DNA of 64,000 nt from contig JAWBKZ010000005.1 in assembly GCA_038831005.1 (NCBI GenBank), positions 152,146 through 216,145 of the forward strand, read 5' to 3'. The translations under genes were made by a program, and so were the position numbers. The stretch comes from Ignisphaera sp. Its GTDB lineage: Archaea; Thermoproteota; Thermoprotei_A; Sulfolobales; Ignisphaeraceae. Positions within the stretch are counted from its first letter, which is position 1, and the number at the start of each line of letters is the position of its first letter. The notes beneath the pieces are model-generated. The model was not told where the DNA came from, ran no database searches, and was given only the letters and a program-made list of their open reading frames with translations. This document shows positions 9,671-19,329 of the stretch, one piece after another.

Positions 9671-10504
9671 ATGGTTATGAAAAAAGTTGGGAATACCATA
9701 GCCGTATTGATAGTATTAAGTGTTGTAGGTGGGTCTCTAAAAATATATGGAAGTGTTGTAGGTGGGTCTAAATCTGTGTTTGTTGATGCAATGACGTCTA
9801 TAGCTAATACTCTAGCTATAATCCTTATACTCAAATTCTTTAAGGCAGGAATGATCCCTCCCGATAAAGATCATCACTATGGACACCACCGCATAACTCT
9901 TGGAGGACCGATATCTATGCTCATGCTGTACTCTTTTGTTGCAGGATTAGTTATGCTGGATATAATTAGTACGCTTGGCAAAGAATATAGAGTAGGCTAT
10001 GAATCTCCTATCTATGCTACATTAGCTCTTATCCCCTATGGACTGGCTATATTTATCTCTAAGAGAGCCCATCCTATTGTTGTAGGTTATGCAGGATTTA
10101 CAGCTATAGAGTTAATTGAGAGTGCTGTATCGATAGTATCATCGTTAGGCGGTATAGCAATTAGCTATATGGTGGATTTAGCGGGATCTGTGGGATTGAC
10201 ACTGTATCTCTTTATAGAGCTTGTGAAAAACTTTAGAGAAGTTGTAGAAGTTGTGAGTGATACTGTTTCACATGATGTTGTAGAAATGGTTTCTGAAACT
10301 GTAAAGAGATATGGTCTAAACGTTGATAGGATTAGACTTAGAAAGGTTATAGAGAATGTATATCACGGAGATGTAGTCATAAAAATCTCTTCAGGAACAT
10401 TGGTTGAAGAAGCTCACAGCATTGTTGATACTGTCGAGAAAGAGCTTAAGAGGAGCGGTATAGATGTGTCCATACATATAGAACCAGAAGAACAAAAAAC
10501 ATAA
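9671..10504 (+). CDS. cation diffusion facilitator (CDF) family metal efflux protein
   Basis: Six TM helices, DAMTSIAN and DHHYGHHR metal-site-like motifs, and a C-terminal cytoplasmic alpha/beta domain. Confidence 0.7.
   Translation: MVMKKVGNTIAVLIVLSVVGGSLKIYGSVVGGSKSVFVDAMTSIANTLAIILILKFFKAGMIPPDKDHHYGHHRITLGGPISMLMLYSFVAGLVMLDIISTLGKEYRVGYESPIYATLALIPYGLAIFISKRAHPIVVGYAGFTAIELIESAVSIVSSLGGIAISYMVDLAGSVGLTLYLFIELVKNFREVVEVVSDTVSHDVVEMVSETVKRYGLNVDRIRLRKVIENVYHGDVVIKISSGTLVEEAHSIVDTVEKELKRSGIDVSIHIEPEEQKT
9718..9769 (+). repeat. in-frame 33-nt-period direct repeat inside the CDF gene
   Basis: AAGTGTTGTAGGTGGGTCT occurs at 9718-9736 and again at 9751-9769, encoding SVVGGS twice. Confidence 0.9.
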
Positions 10505-10565
10505 TTGTCTTCATTATTTTTCGCTAGTTGATGATTCATCGAATGAAATCTACTTCAGCTGGATT

Positions 10566-10895
10566 TCATCTATAGACTATTTCTAGTGCTAGGGGGATCG
10601 CTATAAGTATTGATAATAGAGCTATAGCTGTGTATTCCAGAATGTTTTTGAACAACTTATTACTTAATCTTCTTTCACAAATTATTATTATACCTGCTAG
10701 AGAGTGTAGATACACTAAGATCAGGAACACTAATCTTAGGTAGAGATCAATATGTATGATTCTTGCTGATGGCATGAAGTATACTTGGGGATAGAGTAAT
10801 TGGTATCCAGATAGAATGTATAGAGCTGTAAGTATTATCAATGGTATGGATGTTGTCTCGACTATAGCTAATGCTAACCTAAGCGATTTAACCAT
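10566..10895 (-). CDS. hypothetical 3-TM membrane protein
   Basis: 109 aa and hydrophobic, 2 nt downstream of the SagB-type gene, so probably co-transcribed. I recognised no family. Confidence 0.4.
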   Translation of the reverse strand: MVKSLRLALAIVETTSIPLIILTALYILSGYQLLYPQVYFMPSARIIHIDLYLRLVFLILVYLHSLAGIIIICERRLSNKLFKNILEYTAIALLSILIAIPLALEIVYR

Positions 10896-10897
10896 AT

Positions 10898-11731
10898 CTA
10901 TCTCCTTCTATTCCTTTCTATAAATCTATATATTTCCTCAAAAGACGTCTCCCTAAATTCTCTAGGAACACCTACAGGCACTATATACATAGGCACTTCA
11001 TCCTCTGAAGCAGATACAACTCTAGCTACCCAATCATCGATAAAGGCACCAACAACAACCGTTCCAAGTCTCAATGCCGTAGCCATAAGATATATGTTTT
11101 GCCCCACGTGGCCTACTTCCATAGGTACATACCTTTCTCTACCTCTAGCTCCATAAACTGATGTTGTTCTCTCAAACACAGCCGTAATGACTATATTTAC
11201 AGGAGCTTCTCTAACCCATCTCTGGTCTAGAGCAGCTCTAGCTAACTCGTTTCTAAAATCACCTCTTTTTACGAGCTCCAAGCTATGGCTATGTATATGA
11301 TACTTGTAGACCCCCGCATCAAGATACTTGTTTAAGTCTAGAAGAACACTTCTATTCCCAACAACAACATATATTTCTAGAGGGTATGTAGCTCCTGCAC
11401 TTGGAGCAGCTCTAAGACCCCATGTAGTTTCTGTTACTCCATAAGCAGCCCAAAGAATCATAGAAAGCTGATCAATTGTTAACGGATCTGCTGTGTAATC
11501 CCTTATACTTCTCCTCCATAGAATAGCCTCTTCAACACTAACATTAGTCACCTTTCTAGGTGGAGGTAGATATATTATATCCCCAACAATAGAGACCATG
11601 GATACACCTTCTCTATACTCTTTATCGGATGGCTGAATATATGGTTTACCATAAATAAGAGACAAGGTGTATGCAACTATAGCTATAACTATAACCAATA
11701 CAATTAGATAAGCCACAAACTCAAGTCTCAT
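10898..11731 (-). CDS. membrane-anchored SagB/ThcOx-type nitroreductase-family dehydrogenase
   Basis: An N-terminal TM helix followed by RRSIRDY...APSAGATYPLEIYVV...HVGQNIYL, typical of the SagB-type branch of the nitroreductase fold. Confidence 0.7.
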   Translation of the reverse strand: MRLEFVAYLIVLVIVIAIVAYTLSLIYGKPYIQPSDKEYREGVSMVSIVGDIIYLPPPRKVTNVSVEEAILWRRSIRDYTADPLTIDQLSMILWAAYGVTETTWGLRAAPSAGATYPLEIYVVVGNRSVLLDLNKYLDAGVYKYHIHSHSLELVKRGDFRNELARAALDQRWVREAPVNIVITAVFERTTSVYGARGRERYVPMEVGHVGQNIYLMATALRLGTVVVGAFIDDWVARVVSASEDEVPMYIVPVGVPREFRETSFEEIYRFIERNRRR

Positions 11732-12283
11732 AATAACAACACCGAATAGTGATTACTCTACACATCAAATAAAGTTTAATGTTATTTCAACAATTGTTTT
11801 GTTAGAAAGAGTGTATGGCTTATGTTCTTGGATCTACTCTAATCTACTTCTAATAATATTGTTAATCCGGTAAATGGGTTTACTAGTTTCTGAAACCTCA
11901 TATCGATGTTGTTTCTATTAACAACTATGGAGTGTCCACCTCTATAGGTATTCTTCAATACAATTAAGGAGATGTAGCTATAATATAGAATAGATGTAGA
12001 TTTTGTGTCTAATAACCATAGCTATATGTTTGATACTGACGTTATCTAAGCCTTGAGGTAAATACATAATATTTTAGTTTAACTAAATGCGTTATCTAGT
12101 AAATGATTTACTGAGTCACTATATTCAATACTGTTATAGACTGTAGCTAGAGCTAAGTAATTGTTAAAATATTTGTAATTTTTGTAACTTATTTTAAACG
12201 GTATTCCAGCGTAATTGAGACTAGCAAACGCCTGACATCTACATCCTTAAATAGATGAAAGTATATTATACTTTCTTGGTGTT

Positions 12284-13009
12284 GTGTTGGTGCAAAATTA
12301 TGTGGTTGTAAAGAGAGAACATGGTGATTCTAATCGTGATTTGTGTACCATAAATCTACAACACGTTGATCTAGATTCTGTAAGCTGTTTCTCAAATGAT
12401 TCTTCAGTCTCATCTTTTTCTGAAGCTATAGATAAATTCTTATCGGGTATTTCAGGAGTTAGAAGTATTGATGGTTATCTCATCAAATTAACGTCTCTTA
12501 TACAGATGGTTCTAGAATCCTATAGAGGTAATTCTAGAGTCATTAGTTATGTTCTATCATGTCGAGAAGTTATTAAAGCTCTTGAACCTTTGGCTTACTA
12601 CATAGATGAAGTAGCAACACTTATTACCAAAGATCCTAGACATAAACCACTTAGACCCTATCTCTCCTTGATAATCAGTACATTAACCAAAATTCTACAT
12701 ACCACTACATCTAAAAAAGAATTAGAGATTGTGAGACCCTCTATATGGCGTCTAGGTCTTGGACTCAATAAATCAAGGATTCATAGACATGATGTTTCTA
12801 TGGTACATTATACAACATGCGATAATCTATGGTATAGATCATGGAGAGATGTTCCCATGGAAGTAGATGAAAAGTTTACAAGATTATTCAAAGAAAGACG
12901 TATAATAAAAAATGGGTATAGAGTTGAGAGGAGTATTACAAAATCTATAGTGATGGTTACGGTTGTATCGATTATACTGTCCTTCATACTATTGCTCTTA
13001 CTCTCGTAG
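12284..13009 (+). CDS. hypothetical tail-anchored protein
   Basis: 241-aa ORF with a non-ATG start and a single C-terminal TM helix (IVMVTVVSIILSFILLLLL). No recognisable domain, and the start is uncertain. Confidence 0.3.
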   Translation: MLVQNYVVVKREHGDSNRDLCTINLQHVDLDSVSCFSNDSSVSSFSEAIDKFLSGISGVRSIDGYLIKLTSLIQMVLESYRGNSRVISYVLSCREVIKALEPLAYYIDEVATLITKDPRHKPLRPYLSLIISTLTKILHTTTSKKELEIVRPSIWRLGLGLNKSRIHRHDVSMVHYTTCDNLWYRSWRDVPMEVDEKFTRLFKERRIIKNGYRVERSITKSIVMVTVVSIILSFILLLLLS

Positions 13010-13036
13010 TACGTCCTACTTTATCATCTTACTCGG

Positions 13037-13996
13037 TTATTTTATCCACAGGAACAGTATCTTGTTTTGAAATTCGGATAGGAATAACTCTTCAGTAGCT
13101 CTATGTAATGTATTTTCAGTAAAACTTGTTTGAAGACTTAGCAATATCTCTAGAAGACCTTTAGGTCTCTCTATAATTCTTGTGGGCGTATATTGAGGTA
13201 GATTTGCAAGTTTTCTTGCAATACTTATAGCGTATTCGAGTGTTCCAATATCATCTGCTAAACCCACTTTAACAGAATCTATCCCTAAATATACTCTAGC
13301 TGTAAATACTTCGCTAGCCACATTAGGTCTATTCTCTTTTACTCTCTCTATAAATAGTTCTGCAGATTTGTTCACCAACTCGCTAAATATCTTATATTCA
13401 TCAGCTGTAAGCGATCTATATATAGAGCCTATATCTTTATATTCACCCGATTTTATTATGGTTACGTTAATCCCTATATTCTTAAGAAGATCTTCAACAT
13501 CAAGAACGATGGATACAGCTCCTATAGAACCTACGAATGCGTATGGAGATACAATAATCTTATGGGCTGGTAAAGCAATGTAGTAACCTCCACTAGCTAA
13601 AGTCTCGGGAGAATACACTACAACAGTTTTCACTTCGGCTAACTTCTTAATGTATTGATAGATTTCTTCTGAAGCTGAGGCAGAACCTCCAGGACTATTA
13701 ACGATAACTACGACAGCTTTTGCAGCTGGATCTGAAATTAGTATCTCAACATATCGTCTAACATCATCAGGAGTAATACCCACAGAACTCAGAAAACCTC
13801 TACTATATCCTATAGTTCCCTCAAGCTTCACAATAGCAATATACCCTATAGATATCTGTACAAAACTCCAGACAAGTAGATAAGATATAACAATCGCTAT
13901 TCCTACCGCTATTCCTATGACTATAAAGAGAGATCTTCTCCGCATAGGTATACCCAAAATATCTGTACATAACAGGTTATAAGTCTTGAAGTTCAA
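13037..13996 (-). CDS. sppA: signal peptide peptidase SppA (peptidase S49)
   Basis: An N-terminal TM helix, then NSPGGSASASEE, LASGGYYIA and GSIGA motifs of the S49/ClpP-fold family. The likely start is the internal MRRRSLFIV. Confidence 0.8.
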   Translation of the reverse strand: MNFKTYNLLCTDILGIPMRRRSLFIVIGIAVGIAIVISYLLVWSFVQISIGYIAIVKLEGTIGYSRGFLSSVGITPDDVRRYVEILISDPAAKAVVVIVNSPGGSASASEEIYQYIKKLAEVKTVVVYSPETLASGGYYIALPAHKIIVSPYAFVGSIGAVSIVLDVEDLLKNIGINVTIIKSGEYKDIGSIYRSLTADEYKIFSELVNKSAELFIERVKENRPNVASEVFTARVYLGIDSVKVGLADDIGTLEYAISIARKLANLPQYTPTRIIERPKGLLEILLSLQTSFTENTLHRATEELFLSEFQNKILFLWIK

Positions 13997-14671
13997 ATAT
14001 CATACAGAGAAACCTAGATAAGCTTAGATTAATCTATCTATACAGATGCGATCCTTCTATACAAATATTCAGAAGACACATCTATAAACAATGTATATAG
14101 CTTCAATACGCTACTTACAATACTGATAATCATCTTGATGTCGAAAACTACATCTGTTTATTAAAATGTCTATATCTTTGATGTTTATGAAGATCTTGTT
14201 GTGATTATTTTATTTTCATTATTTTTGTTCATATACATTGAAATAAAGAGCGTTAAATTTATTGAACATATAGCATTATGATTTGATCCTCTCCACCCTA
14301 AAAGATGGCTTCATAATGTAAAAGATTTTGTAAACATAGAACATAGTTATAGAAAGTCAAAACTACATTGTATATAGAGTTTGGTAAACAAAATCAAGAA
14401 TTACTGATTTTCTATATAGAGTATTGAGAACTACTATCTCTTACTTAGAGCATCTATACCTGAAGAAATATAATGAATTATTTAGATTCAATCTTCTGTT
14501 TCATTAATCTCGAGATCCTGAGAACTATAGACAGATATAACAAACAGATATAATAGATAGATAGACATGATAAAGTGTAGCTCTTTTTTTATTTAGCTCT
14601 ACACGATTTAAGATACTAATTGTGATAAGTTAATAATTATTTATAGTTAGTTGGAGCTAGAGATTTGCTAG

Positions 14672-14723
14672 ATGATGTATTCGCTCCGTGCTGAAGTATT
14701 ATGATGATGTCGGCCTGTTCTGA
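14672..14723 (+). ncRNA. C/D box sRNA (2'-O-methylation guide)
   Basis: C box ATGATGT (14672-14678), 12-nt guide ATTCGCTCCGTG, D' box CTGA (14691-14694), 6-nt spacer, C' box ATGATGA (14701-14707), 12-nt guide TGTCGGCCTGTT, D box CTGA (14720-14723). A TATA-like TTATTTATAG lies about 25-30 nt upstream, and both guides are more GC-rich than their surroundings. Confidence 0.7.
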
Positions 14724-15051
14724 TAAATTAACATTGAATTGTGTATTCGAGTATATCCGTAATTGTGCTTAGACTTTATGTATTTTTCTGATTCTCTTGT
14801 CGTTTTAATTGAGATAGAATGTATCTTTAGAATCTTTTATCAGTTTCTAAAGCTGTATTGTTTTTAGGAAATTCTGTGAAATTAGAACATGTATATTTAT
14901 AATTATTTGAATGTTATTCAATAGAATTATTTGAATATCTAGGTAATCTATTTGCAAGATTTAATGAAGTGTAGAGCTGTGTTTAAAACTGAATAAAAGT
15001 GGTTAGATACTGAGTATTGATGTAGAGCTCATGGTTATCATGATGATTAGA

Positions 15052-17301
15052 CTATGACTTGTTGTTTTTCAATTCAATAATTATTTTATCTCCTCTATAT
15101 ATAACCTCTGTATCTGGTTGAGCTTCTTCGATGCCTCCACCTCTCTCTCTATCAACTATAACTATTTTGAAGACAATATCATTTATGCTGTATTTACCTA
15201 CCTTGTTATCTATAATCAGCTTGGATTCTTCTTCAGACCATTTCAAGGGTATTAATGTGTATTCTCCTAGCTCGTATCTATAGGTTTCACCATCATCTAT
15301 ATATATGTAGAATTCTGAATCTCTTCCTCTATAAACCCTAAGCTCTATCTCATTCACCTCTTCCATAGAGTTCTTGATACCTGAAGAAGCCATAGGAATA
15401 AGAGAACCTGCTCTTATATGTAGTGGTATTCTGTCTAGTGGAGCTTCAACTCTAATGTATTTTCCTCCATAGAATTTCTCTCCAGACCAAAAGTCATACC
15501 AAAGACCTTTTGGTATATAGACTTCTCTTTCATATGTTGATGGTGTTGTGATGGGGGAGACCATGATATAGGGTCCGAACATATATTGATCATCTATATC
15601 TAGAACTTCAGGATCTTCTCTAAAATCCATCACTAGAGGCCTTATGATTGTATAATCTTCGCTATAGACCTTCCACATAAGTGTGTAAATATATGGCAAT
15701 AATCTGTATCGTAGCTTAATGAATTTCGTAAGTATCTTTTCTACTTCTTCACCAAATCTCCATGGTTCCTTTGGATAATAGGTTCCATGAACTCTAAAGA
15801 TAGGATTAAAGACTCCAAACTGGAACCATCTAATAAATAGCTCTCTATAGCCTTCTGTATCCGGGTTACCGCTAAAGAAACCACCTATATCTGTTGTCCA
15901 ATAAGGTAGACCTGAGATAGAGTAATTTAGTCCAGCCTGTATCTGTGACCTAAAGGTGGTCCAATCACCTGTTACATCACCAGACCAATTAATTACACCA
16001 TACCTTTGTATACCAGCAAAACCAGATCGAGTTAGTATAACTACTCTTTTGTTCGAAACTTTTCTTTGGCCTTCGTAAACAGCTTTAGATTCAAGAAGTG
16101 GATAAAGGTTTAGATACTTAATCATCTTACCTTTACCTGTATCTAGATCCTTTTGCCATGTTGTGTATATAAGTAGAGGTTTTACTTCTGGTTCAGATGC
16201 ATCTAGCCACCAACCATCAACACCTATGCTGAAGAACGATTCTTCAATCTTCTTCCAGAACCATTCTCTACACTTTTCATTGAATACATTCAGAAGACCA
16301 AAGTCTCTATCACCTCCATCCATAATACACCCTATCTCTTTAATCTCATTATAGATATCGGTATTCTTCTCGAAAATAGGCCATATAGATATAGCTAGTC
16401 TAACACCCATACTATGAATTTCTTCAACCATTTTCTTTGGATCTGGATAATACTCTTCATCAAATTTAAAGGCATTCCACCCATATTTACCCCAGTACCT
16501 CCAGTCTTGAACAATAATATCTATTGGTATACCTCTGTCTCTAAACATCTTAACTACAGAAACTATCTCTTCTTGAGACGCGTATCTTTCTTTAGATTGC
16601 CAATATCCAAGAGCATACTTAGGTAGTAGAGGTGCTTTACCTGTTAAATATCTATATCCTTGTATAACACGATCTATATCAGGTCCATAGATAAAGTAGT
16701 AATCTAGTACCTTTCCAGCTTCAAACCACATCCTCAACTTATTACCTCTAGAGCTGAAGACCCCCATGGAATACATATCCCATAGAATACCATAACCTTT
16801 GCTTGAAATCATGAAAGGTACAGCTATATCTGTATTTCTTTGAGCTAGATAAACAGTTCTATTCCTATAATTAAAACCCGAATGCGATGAATAGCCAGCA
16901 TGTTGACCTAATCCATAGAGGGCTTCATCTACATCTATAACAAATGTATGTTCAAAACTATAGAGAGCTTCACCATAATTCTTAAGATCAAAAGCTTTTC
17001 TATCAACTTCAGAAAGCTTTACATCTCTGGTTTCAAAATCTATAGAGTTTCTATGTCTATCAATATAGACACATACTTCATCAGTACAAACTTCTATACA
17101 ACCTTCTCTATCATCAATACTATATCCATAGAGCATAGGTCTACTAATGATCACAAAACTATCTTCAACACTTCCTCCATAGGGTATATGAGTTACACGA
17201 ACAATATTTGAACGATACACATAGATCCTAAGTTTACCGAGACCAAAATCCACTTCAACAAATTCTCTACCTTTAACCATATAATTCACATTCTTATTCA
17301 T
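15052..17301 (-). CDS. glycoside hydrolase family 31 alpha-glucosidase/alpha-xylosidase
   Basis: 749 aa with GVDGWWLDASEPE (nucleophile region), NWSGDV and FRVHG motifs typical of GH31. Confidence 0.85.
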   Translation of the reverse strand: MNKNVNYMVKGREFVEVDFGLGKLRIYVYRSNIVRVTHIPYGGSVEDSFVIISRPMLYGYSIDDREGCIEVCTDEVCVYIDRHRNSIDFETRDVKLSEVDRKAFDLKNYGEALYSFEHTFVIDVDEALYGLGQHAGYSSHSGFNYRNRTVYLAQRNTDIAVPFMISSKGYGILWDMYSMGVFSSRGNKLRMWFEAGKVLDYYFIYGPDIDRVIQGYRYLTGKAPLLPKYALGYWQSKERYASQEEIVSVVKMFRDRGIPIDIIVQDWRYWGKYGWNAFKFDEEYYPDPKKMVEEIHSMGVRLAISIWPIFEKNTDIYNEIKEIGCIMDGGDRDFGLLNVFNEKCREWFWKKIEESFFSIGVDGWWLDASEPEVKPLLIYTTWQKDLDTGKGKMIKYLNLYPLLESKAVYEGQRKVSNKRVVILTRSGFAGIQRYGVINWSGDVTGDWTTFRSQIQAGLNYSISGLPYWTTDIGGFFSGNPDTEGYRELFIRWFQFGVFNPIFRVHGTYYPKEPWRFGEEVEKILTKFIKLRYRLLPYIYTLMWKVYSEDYTIIRPLVMDFREDPEVLDIDDQYMFGPYIMVSPITTPSTYEREVYIPKGLWYDFWSGEKFYGGKYIRVEAPLDRIPLHIRAGSLIPMASSGIKNSMEEVNEIELRVYRGRDSEFYIYIDDGETYRYELGEYTLIPLKWSEEESKLIIDNKVGKYSINDIVFKIVIVDRERGGGIEEAQPDTEVIYRGDKIIIELKNNKS

Positions 17302-17437
17302 TGACTTATATCAAATATCAAGTAACACAAATTTAACCTTTAATCAGAAGCACCATTAAATGAATACTGTAGAACAATACCACATAGACATAGAGCTAAT
17401 AAATAAAACATGCTGTGTTATTGATTTTATTCCCACT

Positions 17438-17474
17438 GACTATGACTAGTTATGTTAACAAACTTGTCATAGTC
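17438..17474. repeat. 9-bp perfect inverted repeat GACTATGAC-19 nt-GTCATAGTC
   Basis: Read directly from the sequence; it extends to 12 bp with one mismatch. It lies in the divergent region between the GH31 gene and the ECF S-component gene. Confidence 0.85.
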
Positions 17475-17621
17475 TGTAAAGTTCGTATACCATCTATCTA
17501 TATTAATGATAGTATTTCTATAGAGACCTAACCTTCAGTATTTAATTTATTTAAACTTCACTAATAGTTATATTTAAATAATTTTAATTCACTTCTTGTT
17601 AGGTTTAGAGGTGTTATAGTT

Positions 17622-18371
17622 ATGAAGATAAGAGATATAGTGTTAGCTGTTGTAAATGCCGCTCTTTATGCATTGGTTGGCGTAGCTACTACTTTTGGAA
17701 TTTTCGCTATTGCTGTTGGAGGTGTCAGATTCTGGCCCTCGGTTTTTATACCAGCTGTTTTTGCTGAAGTTTTTGGAGCTTTAGTTGGTGGTCTTGGTGC
17801 AGCTATAGGGATATTTGTAAGCGATATGGTTGTTCATGGTAATGCATTGATCAGTCTAACAATAGGTGTTCCTGCAAACTTTATAGGTTTCTATATCCTT
17901 GGATTCATAGCTAGAAAGGGATCAAGAGAATCTAAATTTTTGGCTTTATTAGCCATAGTTATACAGTTTGTTCCCGGAATAGCTCTCTACTATCTCTATA
18001 GCGTAGGTTTCATAGATCTTGCCACAACTATAGTATTTATTGGTGTTGCATTAATATCTGCAATAGCTATAGCCACTTCATTAGTTATTTTAATGTTTCG
18101 CAAGAAAAGCTATATCTATCCAAATGAAGCTCTAGCATATAGTTTAGGGCTTATGGTAGGCTCTCTCTACATAGGCTTGGGGCTATGGCTCTATAGCTAT
18201 ATAGCTAGACTAGATATAGCTACAATACCTCCCGAATTTCAGGTCAGAGCACCTTTTGTTGCTGCATTAGCATGGTTTCTCTGGACATATTATACAGAGA
18301 TACCGTTTATGATATATCTAGCACCACCTATAGTGAGAGCTATAGAGATGTGGATGAAGAAATATGGATAG
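17622..18371 (+). CDS. 6-TM membrane protein, ECF-transporter S-component-like
   Basis: 249 aa. The N-terminus (IRDIVLAVVNAALYALVG) and the Gly/Ala-rich helices resemble ECF substrate-capture components. An AGGTG Shine-Dalgarno-like sequence lies about 10 nt upstream, and the gene overlaps the next one by 8 nt. Confidence 0.4.
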   Translation: MKIRDIVLAVVNAALYALVGVATTFGIFAIAVGGVRFWPSVFIPAVFAEVFGALVGGLGAAIGIFVSDMVVHGNALISLTIGVPANFIGFYILGFIARKGSRESKFLALLAIVIQFVPGIALYYLYSVGFIDLATTIVFIGVALISAIAIATSLVILMFRKKSYIYPNEALAYSLGLMVGSLYIGLGLWLYSYIARLDIATIPPEFQVRAPFVAALAWFLWTYYTEIPFMIYLAPPIVRAIEMWMKKYG

Positions 18372-19329
18372 AGAAGAAAGAACGGTGAAAGTAAAGGCTA
18401 GAGCTTCTTCAGGTCTTTCAGGCTTTTTTGTACCCCATATAACAGGTAGTCTGGAGACAACAGGTGCTGCTGGAGGAGGTCTTGGTATAGACAGCACTAT
18501 TACTGTAGAGATTTCTCTAGAGGCTTTGGACAGAAGCCAAGGATCTGTAGCTTTATTGAACATAATCAATGGTGTTGAGGTAAATAGTTGTTTAGCTAGA
18601 TACATAGTCGAGAAAATACTATCCATATCCGAGGAAAAAAGTAATAGAATAATCATAAAACAGAGTATTTCTGTACCAATAGGTGGTGGATACGGCACAA
18701 GTGGAGGATCAGCTGTTGCTATATCTTTCGCATTAGCTAAGGCTCTAAATGTCCCTCTAGACTTTTACACAATTACAGAAATAGCTCATGAGGCAGACAT
18801 AGTCTGTAAAACAGGTCTGGGAACAGTTGTCGGTATCGTGAAGCCATGCAACGGTATAACGATTGTGAGAAAACCAGGAGGACCTAGATATGCTGAGATA
18901 ATGTGTATACCTATCGATGATTCTCTTTTAGCATTAACAGCCTTTTACAAACCCATACCGAAAAACACTATACTCACTAATCTAGAAGATCTAGAGAAAG
19001 TCAGAGCAATTGGGCTAGAGACTTTAAGAAAGATTGAGCTAAACCCGACCCCAGAAACCTTTATAGATAATTGCTATAGGTTTGCTATAGACTCAAAAAT
19101 AATGACACCAACAGTCAGAAACACCATAGAGTTGCTAAACAAAGTTGAAGGAGTTATAGGAGCATCAATGAATATGATTGGTGAAGCACTATTTGCTTTA
19201 ATAGACAAAAATGTTGTTGATAACGCAGTAGAAGCTGTAATGACTACAGATCCTAAATGGATATATATATGGAGACCCGGCAATAACGGTATAGATATAG
19301 AGGTAATTAAACATTCGGAAACAACATGA
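18364..19329 (+). CDS. GHMP-family kinase, probable archaeal pantoate kinase (COG1829-like)
   Basis: GHMP phosphate-binding motif PIGGGYGTSGGSAVAIS and an N-terminal SGLSGFF...TGAAGGGLGID resembling the HITGFF/GSxGAG motifs of pantoate kinases; 321 aa. Confidence 0.55.
   Translation: MDREERTVKVKARASSGLSGFFVPHITGSLETTGAAGGGLGIDSTITVEISLEALDRSQGSVALLNIINGVEVNSCLARYIVEKILSISEEKSNRIIIKQSISVPIGGGYGTSGGSAVAISFALAKALNVPLDFYTITEIAHEADIVCKTGLGTVVGIVKPCNGITIVRKPGGPRYAEIMCIPIDDSLLALTAFYKPIPKNTILTNLEDLEKVRAIGLETLRKIELNPTPETFIDNCYRFAIDSKIMTPTVRNTIELLNKVEGVIGASMNMIGEALFALIDKNVVDNAVEAVMTTDPKWIYIWRPGNNGIDIEVIKHSETT

Noticed and set aside
10261-10295. ATGATGT...CTGA inside the CDF gene
   Set aside because: The spacing is 14 nt rather than 12, and no second box pair follows. 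It is a chance occurrence within coding sequence.
3471-12012. The 12-mer TTTTGTGTCTAA occurs three times: 5990-6001 (+), 12001-12012 (+) and as a reverse complement at about 3471-3482
   Set aside because: The flanks share no further similarity. A rough composition-based estimate indicates that several triply occurring 12-mers are expected by chance in 128 kb of AT-rich sequence. The genomic contexts are also inconsistent (after a relic, mid-spacer, and upstream of a gene).
15015-15050. C-box look-alikes TTGATGT and ATGATGA at the 3' end of the GH31 gene
   Set aside because: No CTGA D or D' box follows at 12 nt (TATC and TTGT instead), so this is not a C/D sRNA.
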